Assembly (NCBI GenBank): GCA_000182565.2
Contig: KQ257467.1
Strand: one strand, 5' to 3'
DNA: 64,000 nt
Source of the DNA: Spizellomyces punctatus DAOM BR117
Taxonomy: Eukaryota
Made by a program: the position numbers and the translations under genes. Shown here piece after piece: positions 23,016 through 37,083 of the stretch. How positions within the stretch are numbered: position 1 is the stretch's first letter; each line of letters opens with the position of its first letter. Below the pieces are notes generated by a model. That model did no database searches. It saw only the letters and a list, made by a program, of their open reading frames with translations, and had not been told where the DNA came from.

Positions 23016-26000
23016 CTATCCACCGCCAGCTTCGCCCATCTCCACTTTATCCACTCCATGATCCGCATTCCGGTTCCCTCTCCACCGATGAAACCATGAC
23101 AAAGTCCCACCCTTTTTGGTTTCTTCCAACAGGATGTCGGTATCGGATGGGAAAAAGTGATGGAAGAAGCTGATTTAGAAAGGAAACAGTTAGAGTTAGT
23201 CACCAGTCAGTTAAAGAAAAAGAGATTCAAAAATACTCACTACTTGAACACCCAATCACCCAACATACACCCTCCGACAATCAGCAGCCCGACTAACCAG
23301 AACCCAGGTAGGACATGCACCCACTCGATCGTCCCCCGTTCAATAAACTTGGCCCACTCCACCACAAACATGACACAAACGTTGAGTGCAAAACTCAACA
23401 CCAGCACTCCACCTGTGATCCACCCGAATCGCCCTACCCAGACATTGGCGTTCATGGCCGCCTTTGTCAGCACAACGGCGAGCATAGGCGCCGAAAAGAG
23501 GTAGCATTGAACGTAATATCCAGCGCTGTATCCAGAGGGATCCAGAACGTTATCCCAAAACGCTAGCCAAACGGCACCAAAGATAAATAGACTATGGATC
23601 AACGAGGAAACTAGGGTGGTGATCATGTGGCGGGGTGACCAGTAAAGTCCGGATTTGACTTGCTTGTAAAGGGGAGGAGTCGCGAGGAGGAGTTTATCGG
23701 GTGCGTCGTAGTCAAAGATGGCAAAGAAAAGCGGTGGCAGGGATGTGAAGAAGACGTTGAAAGCCGTGAAGAAGATTTCCTCATAGACCAGCTGCGAAAC
23801 GAGGACAATGAGTACAACCAAGATAACGAAAACAAAGCAAAGTAGAAAGAGAGAGCGGTAACATACCTGTCCACTCCACATACACAAGAACCCAAACCAC
23901 CATTGCACCGTAATAAACACGAAATTCTTGTAAAAACTATAAAACACCAATCCACTCAACCGATTGCGACTCCACCGACCATGTACCCCACAAAGCCTCG
24001 CCAAGAACCGAAATTCTCCAATCGCATAATCGGAAGCCCGGACAGCCTGCGTCCCCTCTCGTCCGACGACGCCCACACCTACTGTGGCAGCCTGGATCAT
24101 GGACACGTCGTTGGCACCGTCTCCGATCGCCAGTGTGACGCATTTGAGGTTTTTTTGAACGAGTTGGACGACAAGAGCTTTCTGGAGGGGTGTAACGCGG
24201 CAACAGATGACTGTTGCGCAGTGGGAGGTGAGGGCAAGTAGATGAGGTGGGTGTGGTGAGTTGGGGAGGAAGATGTGGTGAAGGGTTGCGCCTGGGATGA
24301 CGAGGGCATAGCGCCGGGGTGTGGTACGGGTTGTGATGTTTCGAACCGCTTGGTCAATTTGTGAGGAAATCTCCTTGTCCGTTACACCATCCAATATGAT
24401 GGTGTCCATGTTGGGTGAAATGAGTCGAGAGGATGCACCAATGTTGATCGCGGTTTCCATTTTATCCCCTGTCAAAAGCCATACTTTCATTCCAGCTTCG
24501 AGAAGGTACTCGATGGTCTCTGGGACTTCGGGCTGCAGACGGTCTTCGATCGCAGTACATCCCAGAAATCGCAAATCCCTTTCAACAGTCTCGCACGCAG
24601 CAGCAATCATTTGCTCCCGATCTTCGAGACTCGTTTCAGCCTCGTCATATAAGACGCGGAAGGTCTCATATTCTTCTTCAGTCAAGGGTTTGTATGCAAC
24701 CACAAGGGTACGCAATCCCTCCTCTGAGAAATGCTTGAGCGCCCCCTCGGCAGCGTCGATTGCCCCCCTTGGGTTCCATTCGCTGTTCTTATCTAGCCGG
24801 TCGATAACAATGTTATCGGCACCTTTGCAGAACAGCATAATACCATCCGCTGTCCGCACAATGACACTCATCCGTTTTCTATCTGATGTAAAGTCTAGTA
24901 GACCCAGTTGCTCCACAGACATGTCTTCTCCTAAGCACTGGATGTTGACTCGATCCTTTGTTCGTGAGAGAAGAGTAAATCCAGATGCTTTGACACCATA
25001 TAGAAGAGCGGACTCATCCGGACTTTGCGACTCGTAAATTAGGTTATTTGTCTTGGGATCCACGGACGGTATAACGCTATGACAAAGTGCCAAAGCCAGG
25101 CCAAACTTGATCATCACATCGCGGACTGCTGGGTCCAGCCCCGGCTCCTCCAGAGCCTTTCCTATAACTCCAGGCTCCTTCATCTCATCCAAAACTTTCC
25201 CTCCGACATACCAAGAACTGGGCCGCATATCATTCATCGTCAACGTCCCAGTCTTGTCCGAAAATATGTACTCGACAACACCGAGATCTTCGTTTAGGTT
25301 ACTGTTGTTGGCCTTCATTTTGACTTTTGTTATGGATCCATCAGGGTTGACTCGGTTGACACGCATCTCCGCGTCCCACATCATGTACTTTGCTTGGATT
25401 ACTCGGACGATTTCAATGGTGACAAACAGGGATATCGGAATAACATAGGTGTACATGCCAAAGAATGAGATGATAGTAAATAGGACGTGCTAGAAATGTG
25501 TTGATAAGTGAAAAGTTATGAATATGTCGCACTGGACGATCAAGACTTACTCGCGAAGGGTTATCATCAACCGGTCCCAGATACCAATTCACTGGATAAT
25601 TTACCGGATCAGTCGCCTTGCTCGCCATTTCCCGATCATATGCTCGTTTGTATAACCTCCACTCTAGCCAGACGCTACTAATCAACAAAGCCGCGTTATA
25701 CACAAAAGCGCCCATAACAAGCCAATTGAGCTGTCGTTCGAGAGTAGAGCTTTTTGGCTTGGGCTTTTTGAGATTTTTAATGATTTTGGTATTGGAGCCG
25801 GTGTAAATGACGATTGCGTAGGCAAAGTCCGTGTTGCGGAGGACTGCGCCGCGGAGCATGAGGTTGGTGAGAGAGAGGGAAAGGGTGATGTCTTCGCCGG
25901 TAGCTTGGCGGATGTGGACTCGACCTTCAAAGGCAGTGAGTCTGTCGTTGGGTTGCTCGCATTGTATTTGGCCGCGGAGTCTCGATACGACCTAAAATAA

Positions 26001-27062
26001 ATTCGTGAGTCCCAGATAACTATGCCGTTTCAATCATCGGTGCACACCTCATCCGTTGTTAAACCACATAATTGTGGTACTGCACTCCGTCGCTTCAAAT
26101 TCGTCTCCCCATCCAACTCGGCCGTCTCTATGAAACACGTCCCGTCTTCATATGACGTGCTCAAGAGCATTGCATCTACCGGACACTTGTCGCCTTTTTT
26201 CAGGTACACGATGTCGCCAGGTTGAACGTATTGGCGAACCGTCTCAACCCGTTTCCCGTTGCGAAGAAGGGTGATAAGTCCAGTATTTGCGGCCTTGTCG
26301 GCTTTGTAGCGGTGCTATTTGAAAATTCATATTTAGTACTGCGCCTGGCGACGTGGTCAAGACGGCTAAAAACGAGACTCACATAGTCTTCATACGCTTC
26401 TTTGGCTAGCGAGAAGGCAAGCACAATCACCAGGGGAAGGATTTGGGATGCAGGGGAAAGACTAGACACTCCGACGGCAACTGACAGAGCACCAACAAGA
26501 AAGTAGATATTGTAGAAGCGGCGAAACTGGTCGTTCACAGTGCAATCTGTCAGTCAATGTTTAAAGGGAGCCTCGCGATCCATCACGACAAACCTGATAG
26601 TACAAGGTTTTGGGGAAAAAGGACAATAAGGTATATTTGGTGGTCCGGATGTAATTTGACTTTTTGTGATATGTTGAATCAGAGGCGGGAAAGTCGACTT
26701 CCCAAGGACCTTGTGGTTGGGTATGCTTTCTATGGAATTTGAAGGGTTTTTTGGAGGGTAAAGAGTGGATCGTGACTATTGGGACATCAGAAGACACTGA
26801 GTCAATGTCAGTCTTCCCGCTGACAAAAGTAACAGACGTAGAATAACCAACCGTGATCATTTGGCTTCCCAGTGCCATAGCCGCCCATTCCATCTCCATT
26901 CAGCTGGAGCGGCTGCTGCTCAAGTGAAGGCGGTTGAGCAATACCTTCAATCGGTGTCTTTTCCTCTGCTCGTCGGGCAGCAGGCGATGATCCGCCAACC
27001 GGCGAATTACTACCAGAAATCGAGCGCATGGATGGTGGTGGTTGTGTCCCTCCGGCCGCCAT
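23016..27062 (-). CDS. P4-type ATPase (phospholipid flippase, Drs2/Dnf/ATP8-11 family)
   Basis: SNYIRTTKYT, ETAELDGETNLK, IPISLFVTIEIV, FSDKTGTLT, SPDESAL, KGADNI, LTGDKMETA and AIGDGANDVSMIQ; last exon ends YFFHHFFPSDTDILLEE...GGG* at 23016; start ATG uncertain. Confidence 0.93.
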
Positions 27063-28981
27063 GTCCAACGCGTGCAAGGATCGGTTGGAGCCGCCTTCCG
27101 ATGGGAAAGGCGTATTTGGCGGGTATACGCTGATGCTTGTGTGGGACGATGGAGACAGTTTGGGGAGTCTGCGGGGGCGAGGTGAGAGGCGTGTCAGTTC
27201 GCAGACTCGTTTTTGGGTGCAGTCGCAGTAGAAGTGTTGCGTCAGGGGAAACGTTTGTGAACGCCTTGTGGTTTCGGCGGCTCACTGGGAACGGCTGTGA
27301 CCGTCGGTGAGTCTAGCGTGTTGCTGGATACGAGGATAACGACTTGTAGTAGTGTTCACAACCTAAAAGCCGAGATGACAAAGGATCTTTTTTAGAGATG
27401 GTACAGAGTAGGATATGTCGATGATGAACACCCAAATTTTGAGAGATTTGTTTTTCCGATATCGAAATGTGCTTACCCCATAAATCCAGCCTGGTTTGTG
27501 AACAAAGTGCCGAAACGACAGTTGTTTGTCTATTAAGGTTATAGGCGACAAGTGTGCTAAATGGTTGCGGCTGTGAAATCGACGGCGTATGGGCTGAGCC
27601 AGTTCGGACCTATGCACGCACGAGTGCCATGGCAAAAAGCCCAAAAGAAAAACAACAAAAAAATCAGCGACACCGTTTTAAAGTAATGGCAACTGCTCAA
27701 GTCGGCCGAGGGAAGGAAGAAAAAAAGAGCCTAGCAGAGGATCTTGCTAAAATGGCAAACGGCCATGGCTTCTCCATTTTCCCATTATTTTCGTGTTCCT
27801 TTTTTTGCTTTTGGGGCCGTTCAACTTTTTGTCAAAACGCTCCAAATCCATAAAAAGCTAAAACCCCGTCGAGGAAAACTGTTCGTAGCCTTCTAGCCAG
27901 CCCCCCACGTTTGCCGAAATCACCAAAACCACAAAAAACCGCAATACACACAAAAACAGAAATCCGCAGTAGGCCGATTGGAGTCGTACAAAATCCCGAC
28001 TTTTACAAGGCCCCAATTGGTGCAAAAGAAACGCACCTTGAGTGTGTGTGTGTCGTGTATCTGTATCGTTTGTTTGGTATGCCGTCGTGTAAGCTTTGTG
28101 CTTTTAGCGAACGGTTTGTCGGCAGATGCGAGTGTTGCAAAAAGAAGGGCTATGGTGGATGCATGAACCCATTGACGGCTTTTCAAAGTATCCTCAATAA
28201 TGATTCGATTCAAAGTTTATTCTCGGACTCTTCGCATCGGCCCACATCACATGATGTTTTCCACGTGTGGAGCTTATCGGCTTTAAGGCTTCTTGAGGCA
28301 TTTTGTCATGATGCTCAGCGTTTTATTCCCTTTTTTTTTATGTGCACTGCTCAATATTTGTCAAGCGCAAGCGCATTTGGTTTTAGTGATTTGCACTTTT
28401 GTTAAAGATGGAAACATGGGAGGTTTCTATTGCTCGTCATCCGTTTCATCCTATTGTCTCGTTGGCTATCCACATTGCATACCATACCGATGCACGTTAC
28501 AACCATGTCGCAAGTGCCCCGCCATGGTGGGCTGAACCAAAAAAAAAAAAAAAAAAAGTGTTCAAACCGCAGTGATGACGGCATCGTAATCCATGAGTCA
28601 GCAGCGACGTGTTGGTCGGAGTTTTTCATTTCAGAGTCTGTTGTGTTTGTTTTTAACAGCTGCCCCCCACAATACGCACAATCCCAAATGCATGACCCAA
28701 TAGCGCATAATCATAATAGGAGGAATCCCCATGCGTGGCGGCAAACCCTTGCTACTAGAATACCTCAAGGGTTGTTCGCGGTATGGCAATCTCAATACTG
28801 AGCCTGGGGGCTAGACGTCTCCGGGAGCCTGGATCCTTGGATACACCATCACTTTTGTATTTTCATGACCCTCAAGAGTGAACAATAACCGAGGACAACT
28901 GTTTCCTAGAAGAAACGGAAATTTTAAGATTTATGTGAGCTCATCACCCCTTTGTTCAGCCTTGGCTGTCCCGGTTCCAAA

Positions 28982-29866
28982 ATGTCCTATAGAACTCCCT
29001 GGCGAAATATTCAAAACAGTATTCTCGTACATGCTCTCGGAGCTTACAAAAATTCCAATGTCTGGTCCAAAGCACCTTTTCTCGTAAAACTGCGCATCAT
29101 GATTTTTTCCTGGCTCGTCCCCTCTACACCGGTACGAGTAGCGTTCATGTACGCAATGCGGTACTACAAGCTACGACATCACGAGAGAGCAAACGTCCTT
29201 GCGTGTTCGCCTGTGGATGGAGTGCTTCCTATTGTGGAGATGAGCGAGCAACTGACGGAAAAGGAGCGGGAGTTGGGAAAAGTCAGTTCAGCGCTGGAGA
29301 GTCCACATTTTATCGTCGACGCGAGCGTTCGGGCAACCTATTTGGAAAAGACGCTCGTGTTTATTCAAGCCGGAGCGCTGGTCCTAGCATTTGTCGGAAG
29401 GATTGCGTGCCATCAAGACATTCACCACATTGATGTGATGACGACTATCGGGGCCATGTGCAATGTTATTGTTTGCATATGTACACTACCCCGCCCGTCG
29501 CTCAACATACCGGTACGGATGCGACGACCCAAAGTGGAGCTCCCACGGTGGCTCGAATATTCAGCCATCATGTCGACCGCTATGGCAACATTGGCTCTGT
29601 TCATGTACGCAAATTTGCGACTTTTAGACGGCATATCGCGAATGATTGCTATACCTGCGGGGGCAGTCTATTGTGTAGGGGTTGTGATTGAAGCGTTTTA
29701 TGCCGATGGGAATGTGGATTGGAGACAAATGGGCATATGGCGAAGGGTGAATATGGTGATGACGTCATTGATGCTGCTACTTGTGCTTAGCATATCTTAC
29801 ATGGATACCATAGTGAAGGGAAATACCGAGCAAATGTGTTGGCAGTCTATACTACCGATGCTTTAA
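28982..29866 (+). CDS. Intronless uncharacterised multi-pass membrane protein
   Basis: About 294 codons from ATG 28982 with several hydrophobic helices; LEKTLVFIQAGALVLAFVGRIA...DVMTTIGAMCNVIVCICTLPRP resembles, from memory, a widespread uncharacterised fungal membrane family. Confidence 0.55.
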   Translation: MSYRTPWRNIQNSILVHALGAYKNSNVWSKAPFLVKLRIMIFSWLVPSTPVRVAFMYAMRYYKLRHHERANVLACSPVDGVLPIVEMSEQLTEKERELGKVSSALESPHFIVDASVRATYLEKTLVFIQAGALVLAFVGRIACHQDIHHIDVMTTIGAMCNVIVCICTLPRPSLNIPVRMRRPKVELPRWLEYSAIMSTAMATLALFMYANLRLLDGISRMIAIPAGAVYCVGVVIEAFYADGNVDWRQMGIWRRVNMVMTSLMLLLVLSISYMDTIVKGNTEQMCWQSILPML

Positions 29867-30435
29867 TAAAAACTAATGTAATACCAGTCAATCCTTGCTT
29901 GCTATGCTTTTGCTTTCCTAACGGCTACGTCGGTACACAGACACCTAGACATAGCGATGATGATGATGATCACGATAATGACATGCTTCTCGCCAAAGAC
30001 TTTAATGATGACGAATGTCGATCGTTCATCACTTCCTGAAGAAAGCGACGACAAGTGCCATCCTTTCAGCGGTTGTCGTCGTTGGTCGTCGAAAGTCCGT
30101 AGCTCTGGACGACGTACGCGGCAAAGTCACTGCAACGGCAAATTGCGCAGAGAGTTCGAAACTCGAGGCGTGGAGCAATCGATACTTTTTAGGGATACAA
30201 CTTTTCCAGAATTCAACCGATATATCGCCAACCCTGAACGCAATTCGCTGCTGAAAGGCAATAAAACCATAGAATTTTGCTCAGGGAAATTAATGACCGC
30301 CTGAAAGTTAAAAATTGCATTCTAAAATCTTTTGGATAAAAGATATAAAATATTATTGAAAATGAATCGGATGAATAATCAACCCTCCTGCCCACGGTTA
30401 GTAATTAACTGTATGGCGCAGTGTGGCGTAGGAGG

Positions 30436-30453
30436 ACGGGGAAATAACCCCGT
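30436..30453. promoter_or_regulatory. Palindromic CGG-N10-CCG element (candidate Zn2Cys6 binding site)
   Basis: ACGGGG-AAATAA-CCCCGT about 125 bp upstream of the MCT ATG. Confidence 0.35.
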
Positions 30454-30578
30454 GGATAAAGTGTTCAAAAAGAAGCTGGATTTAAAAAAGGCCAGAGCGC
30501 AGGAGTAAATGTCCCTTGCATCTCCTCGACATTCAGCAATTTACGCTGTTTTTTTATTTATAAAATCCAGCCATACAC

Positions 30579-32424
30579 ATGGAGCCTTCCATTCAACCTG
30601 CGCACGACACTGAAAGTCATATAACGGATAGTGACATCACACTGCATTCCAACACGATTGAGAATAGCGTCTCCCTCAAGATGGACCTAAAAGATGACGA
30701 TTATTCCGCAAAGAGGCTCTCCAAAGCTTGCTCAGAAAGCGTGGAATCTCTGAGAGCGTCGGTGGATATCGAGGAAGTGGATCCCAAAGACGTGGCTGCA
30801 TACCTGAGTTCACCTCCAGATGGAGGATACGGTTGGGCTTGCGTTTTGGTACGTTATCCAATCATTCTTTTGGGATTCCGGGAACCCTATGAATATTTAC
30901 ATGTCGTTATTAGGCATCGTTTATGGTTCATGTGGTGACGATTGGCGTGCAGTCAGAATATGGTGTCTTTCAGCAGGCATACAAAGACACTGAGGAATTT
31001 GGATGTAAGGCTATTCTACAATATTCTATCCCATACGCGTATATCCTAAAAAAATGATTTGGTCTCTAGCTGTCTCCAATTTGGGAATTGCATTCGTCGG
31101 GTCATTGAGCGCAGCCATGATGGGTTTGGGAGGCATACCAACCGGATGGTGAGTTCCTCAAGAGTCAATGAGACATACAGACTGCTGAATACTCACACGT
31201 CACCAAATAGGTTGGCCGATCAGTATGGCTACAATGCGGTTTGTGCCGTCGGAGGCATCATTGAAATGGTCGGACTCTTACTGGCATCCCTATCCACCGA
31301 ATACTGGCATCTCGTCCTTACCCACGGATTCCTGATGGGTATGGGTGTGTCCGTGGCGTATTATCCCGCTCTCTCTGTTGTTTCCCAATGGTTTGAGAAA
31401 CGACGAGGTATTGCGCTGGGAATTGCGGTGTCTGGCTCTGGGATCGGTGGAATGATTCTCGCACCTTTGACTCGGAAACTTATTGCCCAGCTCGGTTGGA
31501 GGTGGTCGCTGCGTATTACGGCTTTTATCGTGGGGGCAGTTGTTTTGGCTGCCTCTGCCGTGATCCGGGTTCGGTATAGCGCGCCTAGGAGTGGATTTGC
31601 GGGCGGTTGGAAGGTTGTCAAGGTATGTAGCTTGGGCATGTCTTTTTGCGAGTTGACAGACACTGATGCGTCCTGGATACGTAGGACGGTGTTTTCCCAC
31701 GTATTTTTGCCATTGGATTGTTTGGGTCCTTTGGATACTTTGTACCTTTCTTTTTCATTCCATGTAAGTCACTGTCGCGGGTCTTGTCGCTGTCATCATT
31801 TGACGTCTGACATTGTTTGTTCTTTACAGCCTTTGCAGCAAGCCACGATCTCTCTGCATCTTCCGGCGCTCTCCTCGTCAGTCTCCTTAATGGCGCGTCC
31901 GCTCTCGGACGCCTAGCCTGGGGATTTGGCGCCGATACCTTTGGACATGTCAATACACTCGTCATGTGTATAACCATGTCCGCCCTGTCCATGCTCGTAT
32001 TTTGGCCGTTTGCAACCAATTTTGCTACCTTGATTGGCTTTGTCCTTGTGTATGGCGCATTCAGTGGAGGGTTTGTGTCCCTTCTCCCAAGTGGTGAGTA
32101 ATCTTTCAATCTTACACTGATTGAAACCAATGAGTTTGTTAACATTGGTCTCTTTTGCCAGTCATTGCGCAATTCTACGGTAAAACTGGGCACATTGCAA
32201 CCATCACCGGCATGATCTACTCTGCATTTTTCCTCGGTAACCTCCTCGGTTCTCCCATCGCGGGAGCCATGATGGACCGCTTTACAACGCATCCCACACC
32301 GGATACGAAACATATTGACTTTCTGCCATCCATTTTGTTTGGAGGCTTTATGATGGTCACTGCGACTGTATTTTCGTTTTCGGTCAAGTTTGTACGGAGT
32401 CGGCGGTTGCTGACCAGGGTGTAA
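30579..32424 (+). CDS. MFS monocarboxylate-porter family transporter (Mch/MCT-like)
   Basis: PPDGGYGWACV, SQWFEKRRGIALGIAVSGSGIGG, LGWRWSLRI and NGASALGRLAWGFGADTFG; multiple GT-AG introns; TAA 32422-32424. Confidence 0.92.
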
Positions 32425-32978
32425 AAAAAGGACTTTTTTGTATTTATTCACTTTTTGTGTATATAGTTATATAGTAGGGATACGGATAGCTGTTTAATGG
32501 CCAGGAAACGGTTCTTTAACAAGAGTCATTTATGTACAAAGTAACGATGACGCTGCCCTTCACAAAAGGAGCAAGGCTTTGGTGCCTCTGGAGTTAAGAA
32601 ATGTGCGTATCTTAAAGAAACCAAAAAAACACAGTGCTGAACTGCATGATCATTGCAGTTGCAGGACAGGGCTGTCTCGCATCTTTTATAACCCAAGATC
32701 AACCGGGAGGTCAAAAGCAAAAAGAAAAAAAAAATATATATATATATAACACTTTCCAAGTCCAATCTTAGCTTAGCCACGCGAAGCTACCGTAAACTGA
32801 GATGGTGGAGGCTCGGACTAGGGTAGGCTCAACGGGGTGGCTCAACGGATTAGGCTCAGCTTGTCTTCTTCAGTTGACCTAGTGAGAATTTCCTTTATTT
32901 CCATTATTGCATCCCATTCCTCCAACAGAACATCACTACAGCAAAACTCTGCAGACCAGCCGACAGATTTATCAAACA

Positions 32979-33422
32979 ATGACCATTGCCAACGGAGGAA
33001 AGAGAAAACGTCAAAAAGGTAGTCACTCAAATACACCCAACGTTTACATTCTATCCACCCAATGTCGAGATTGGGTAATTTGCGCTCCCGCTGCCTGCCT
33101 TTCAGGTGAACGTCAACAAGCTCCCCAGTCACAAGAAATCAACAAAGTCAAAAGGTGGACAGAAGAGAAACGAGAGTTCTTGCGCAGTCTTGTCCGCAAA
33201 CACGGTGAAAGAGGAAAATGGAATGAAATTACTGCGGAATTCAATCAGGTCTTTGGGCATTCCCGTAGTCAGCTTTTCGACTATTGGCGGAAAGTCCTCA
33301 AACGTCAGCCTGTTACGACGATGGATGAGGACCTGGATGTGCCTGTAGGTACCAATAACCAAGTCGGACAAGAGGACGATGATGTGCAAGAAGACGGAGA
33401 AGTGGAGGAATATGAAGAATAG
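32979..33422 (+). CDS. Small single-repeat Myb/SANT-domain protein with basic N-terminus and acidic tail
   Basis: MTIANGGKRKRQK, probable intron 33019-33105, then KRWTEEKREFLRSLVRKHGERGKWNEITAEFN..RSQLFDYWRKVL (three spaced Trp). Confidence 0.7.
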   Translation: MTIANGGKRKRQKGSHSNTPNVYILSTQCRDWVICAPAACLSGERQQAPQSQEINKVKRWTEEKREFLRSLVRKHGERGKWNEITAEFNQVFGHSRSQLFDYWRKVLKRQPVTTMDEDLDVPVGTNNQVGQEDDDVQEDGEVEEYEE

Positions 33423-34117
33423 TCCGTGTTAAAATGGAACTACTTGCGAGATTTTTGCATGGCAGGAATAGCGTTTGCAATGTCTATATTCCCCATAGCC
33501 TTTTGTATAAATTCTCTGTATGGCAACATGAGTGCGACGGGAATGGACCTTGATTTGCACAAAAGACGAGGTTTTCTTGTTCAAAGCTTTCCTTATCCAT
33601 GACTGCGTTACCCTGACATGAAGTTTAATCTCAGACGTCAACTCTTGGCATGGGATTGTTAATACGCGGAAAGTCTTGTTTTAAAAACAAAGCCCCCGTC
33701 TTGCCGATGCTGAATTAAACCTGCAGCATAAAAGCATTTTATTCATTCCAACTGTAGATAGATAAAGCAAACGGATAACTTACGACGTCCTACAGCAACC
33801 TATGCAACGTCGATCAATCGCCATACGCAAAGGAAGCGTTCGACTCCCAAAAGCCGCATTTCCGCAGGCTCGATTTTTGGATGCAATTTTCTTTATCATT
33901 TGATCCGGATCCATTCAGTTCCTCAACGACCGACTGCCCACGGCAAAGGATTGCAGGCACCCGTTTGCAAATCAGCGAGCAGCTGAAAACAACTCGGTCC
34001 CCGCCCTGTTGATACACCCTTGCACCGTTTATAACAAGGGGCCTTTCACACGCTTTTCGTCTATCCTCAAACTTGCTGCCGGATCTCGGCTTTTTTTGCG
34101 CTTTCCTAGTCGCCACA

Positions 34118-36751
<2,634 letters not shown>

Positions 36752-37083
36752 TTGGAAGAACGTGGGGGTTATTCGTGTTTGTAAATAAAAAAAAAGGATT
36801 TTTACAAGGCTTCTGGCGCAAGTTTATCAGACGGAGCAAGCTGCACAAAGCGCCTCTGGTTTTTTCCTTTTTTTCAAAGGGACCGGAGAATGCTGTTTTT
36901 TTTTTCCATTCTATTCCACAAATGTACGTTACTCTGCATCCGTCCACTCTGATACATTCTCTTCCAGTCCATCCATCCGCTGGAAACAGACAGATGCAAC
37001 ATACCAAAATACTTGCCAAAAACATACCCGTTTGAGTCCACACTTTATGTCAAAAACCCCAAACCCCCAACATGAACAGAATT

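Noticed and set aside
24321-25448. Plus-strand ORFs of 238 and 113 aa
   Set aside because: Antisense to the conserved P4-ATPase exon.
29900-30304. Asp-rich and basic ORF fragments, possible pseudogene or transposon relic
   Set aside because: No recognisable domain, terminal repeats or target-site duplication.
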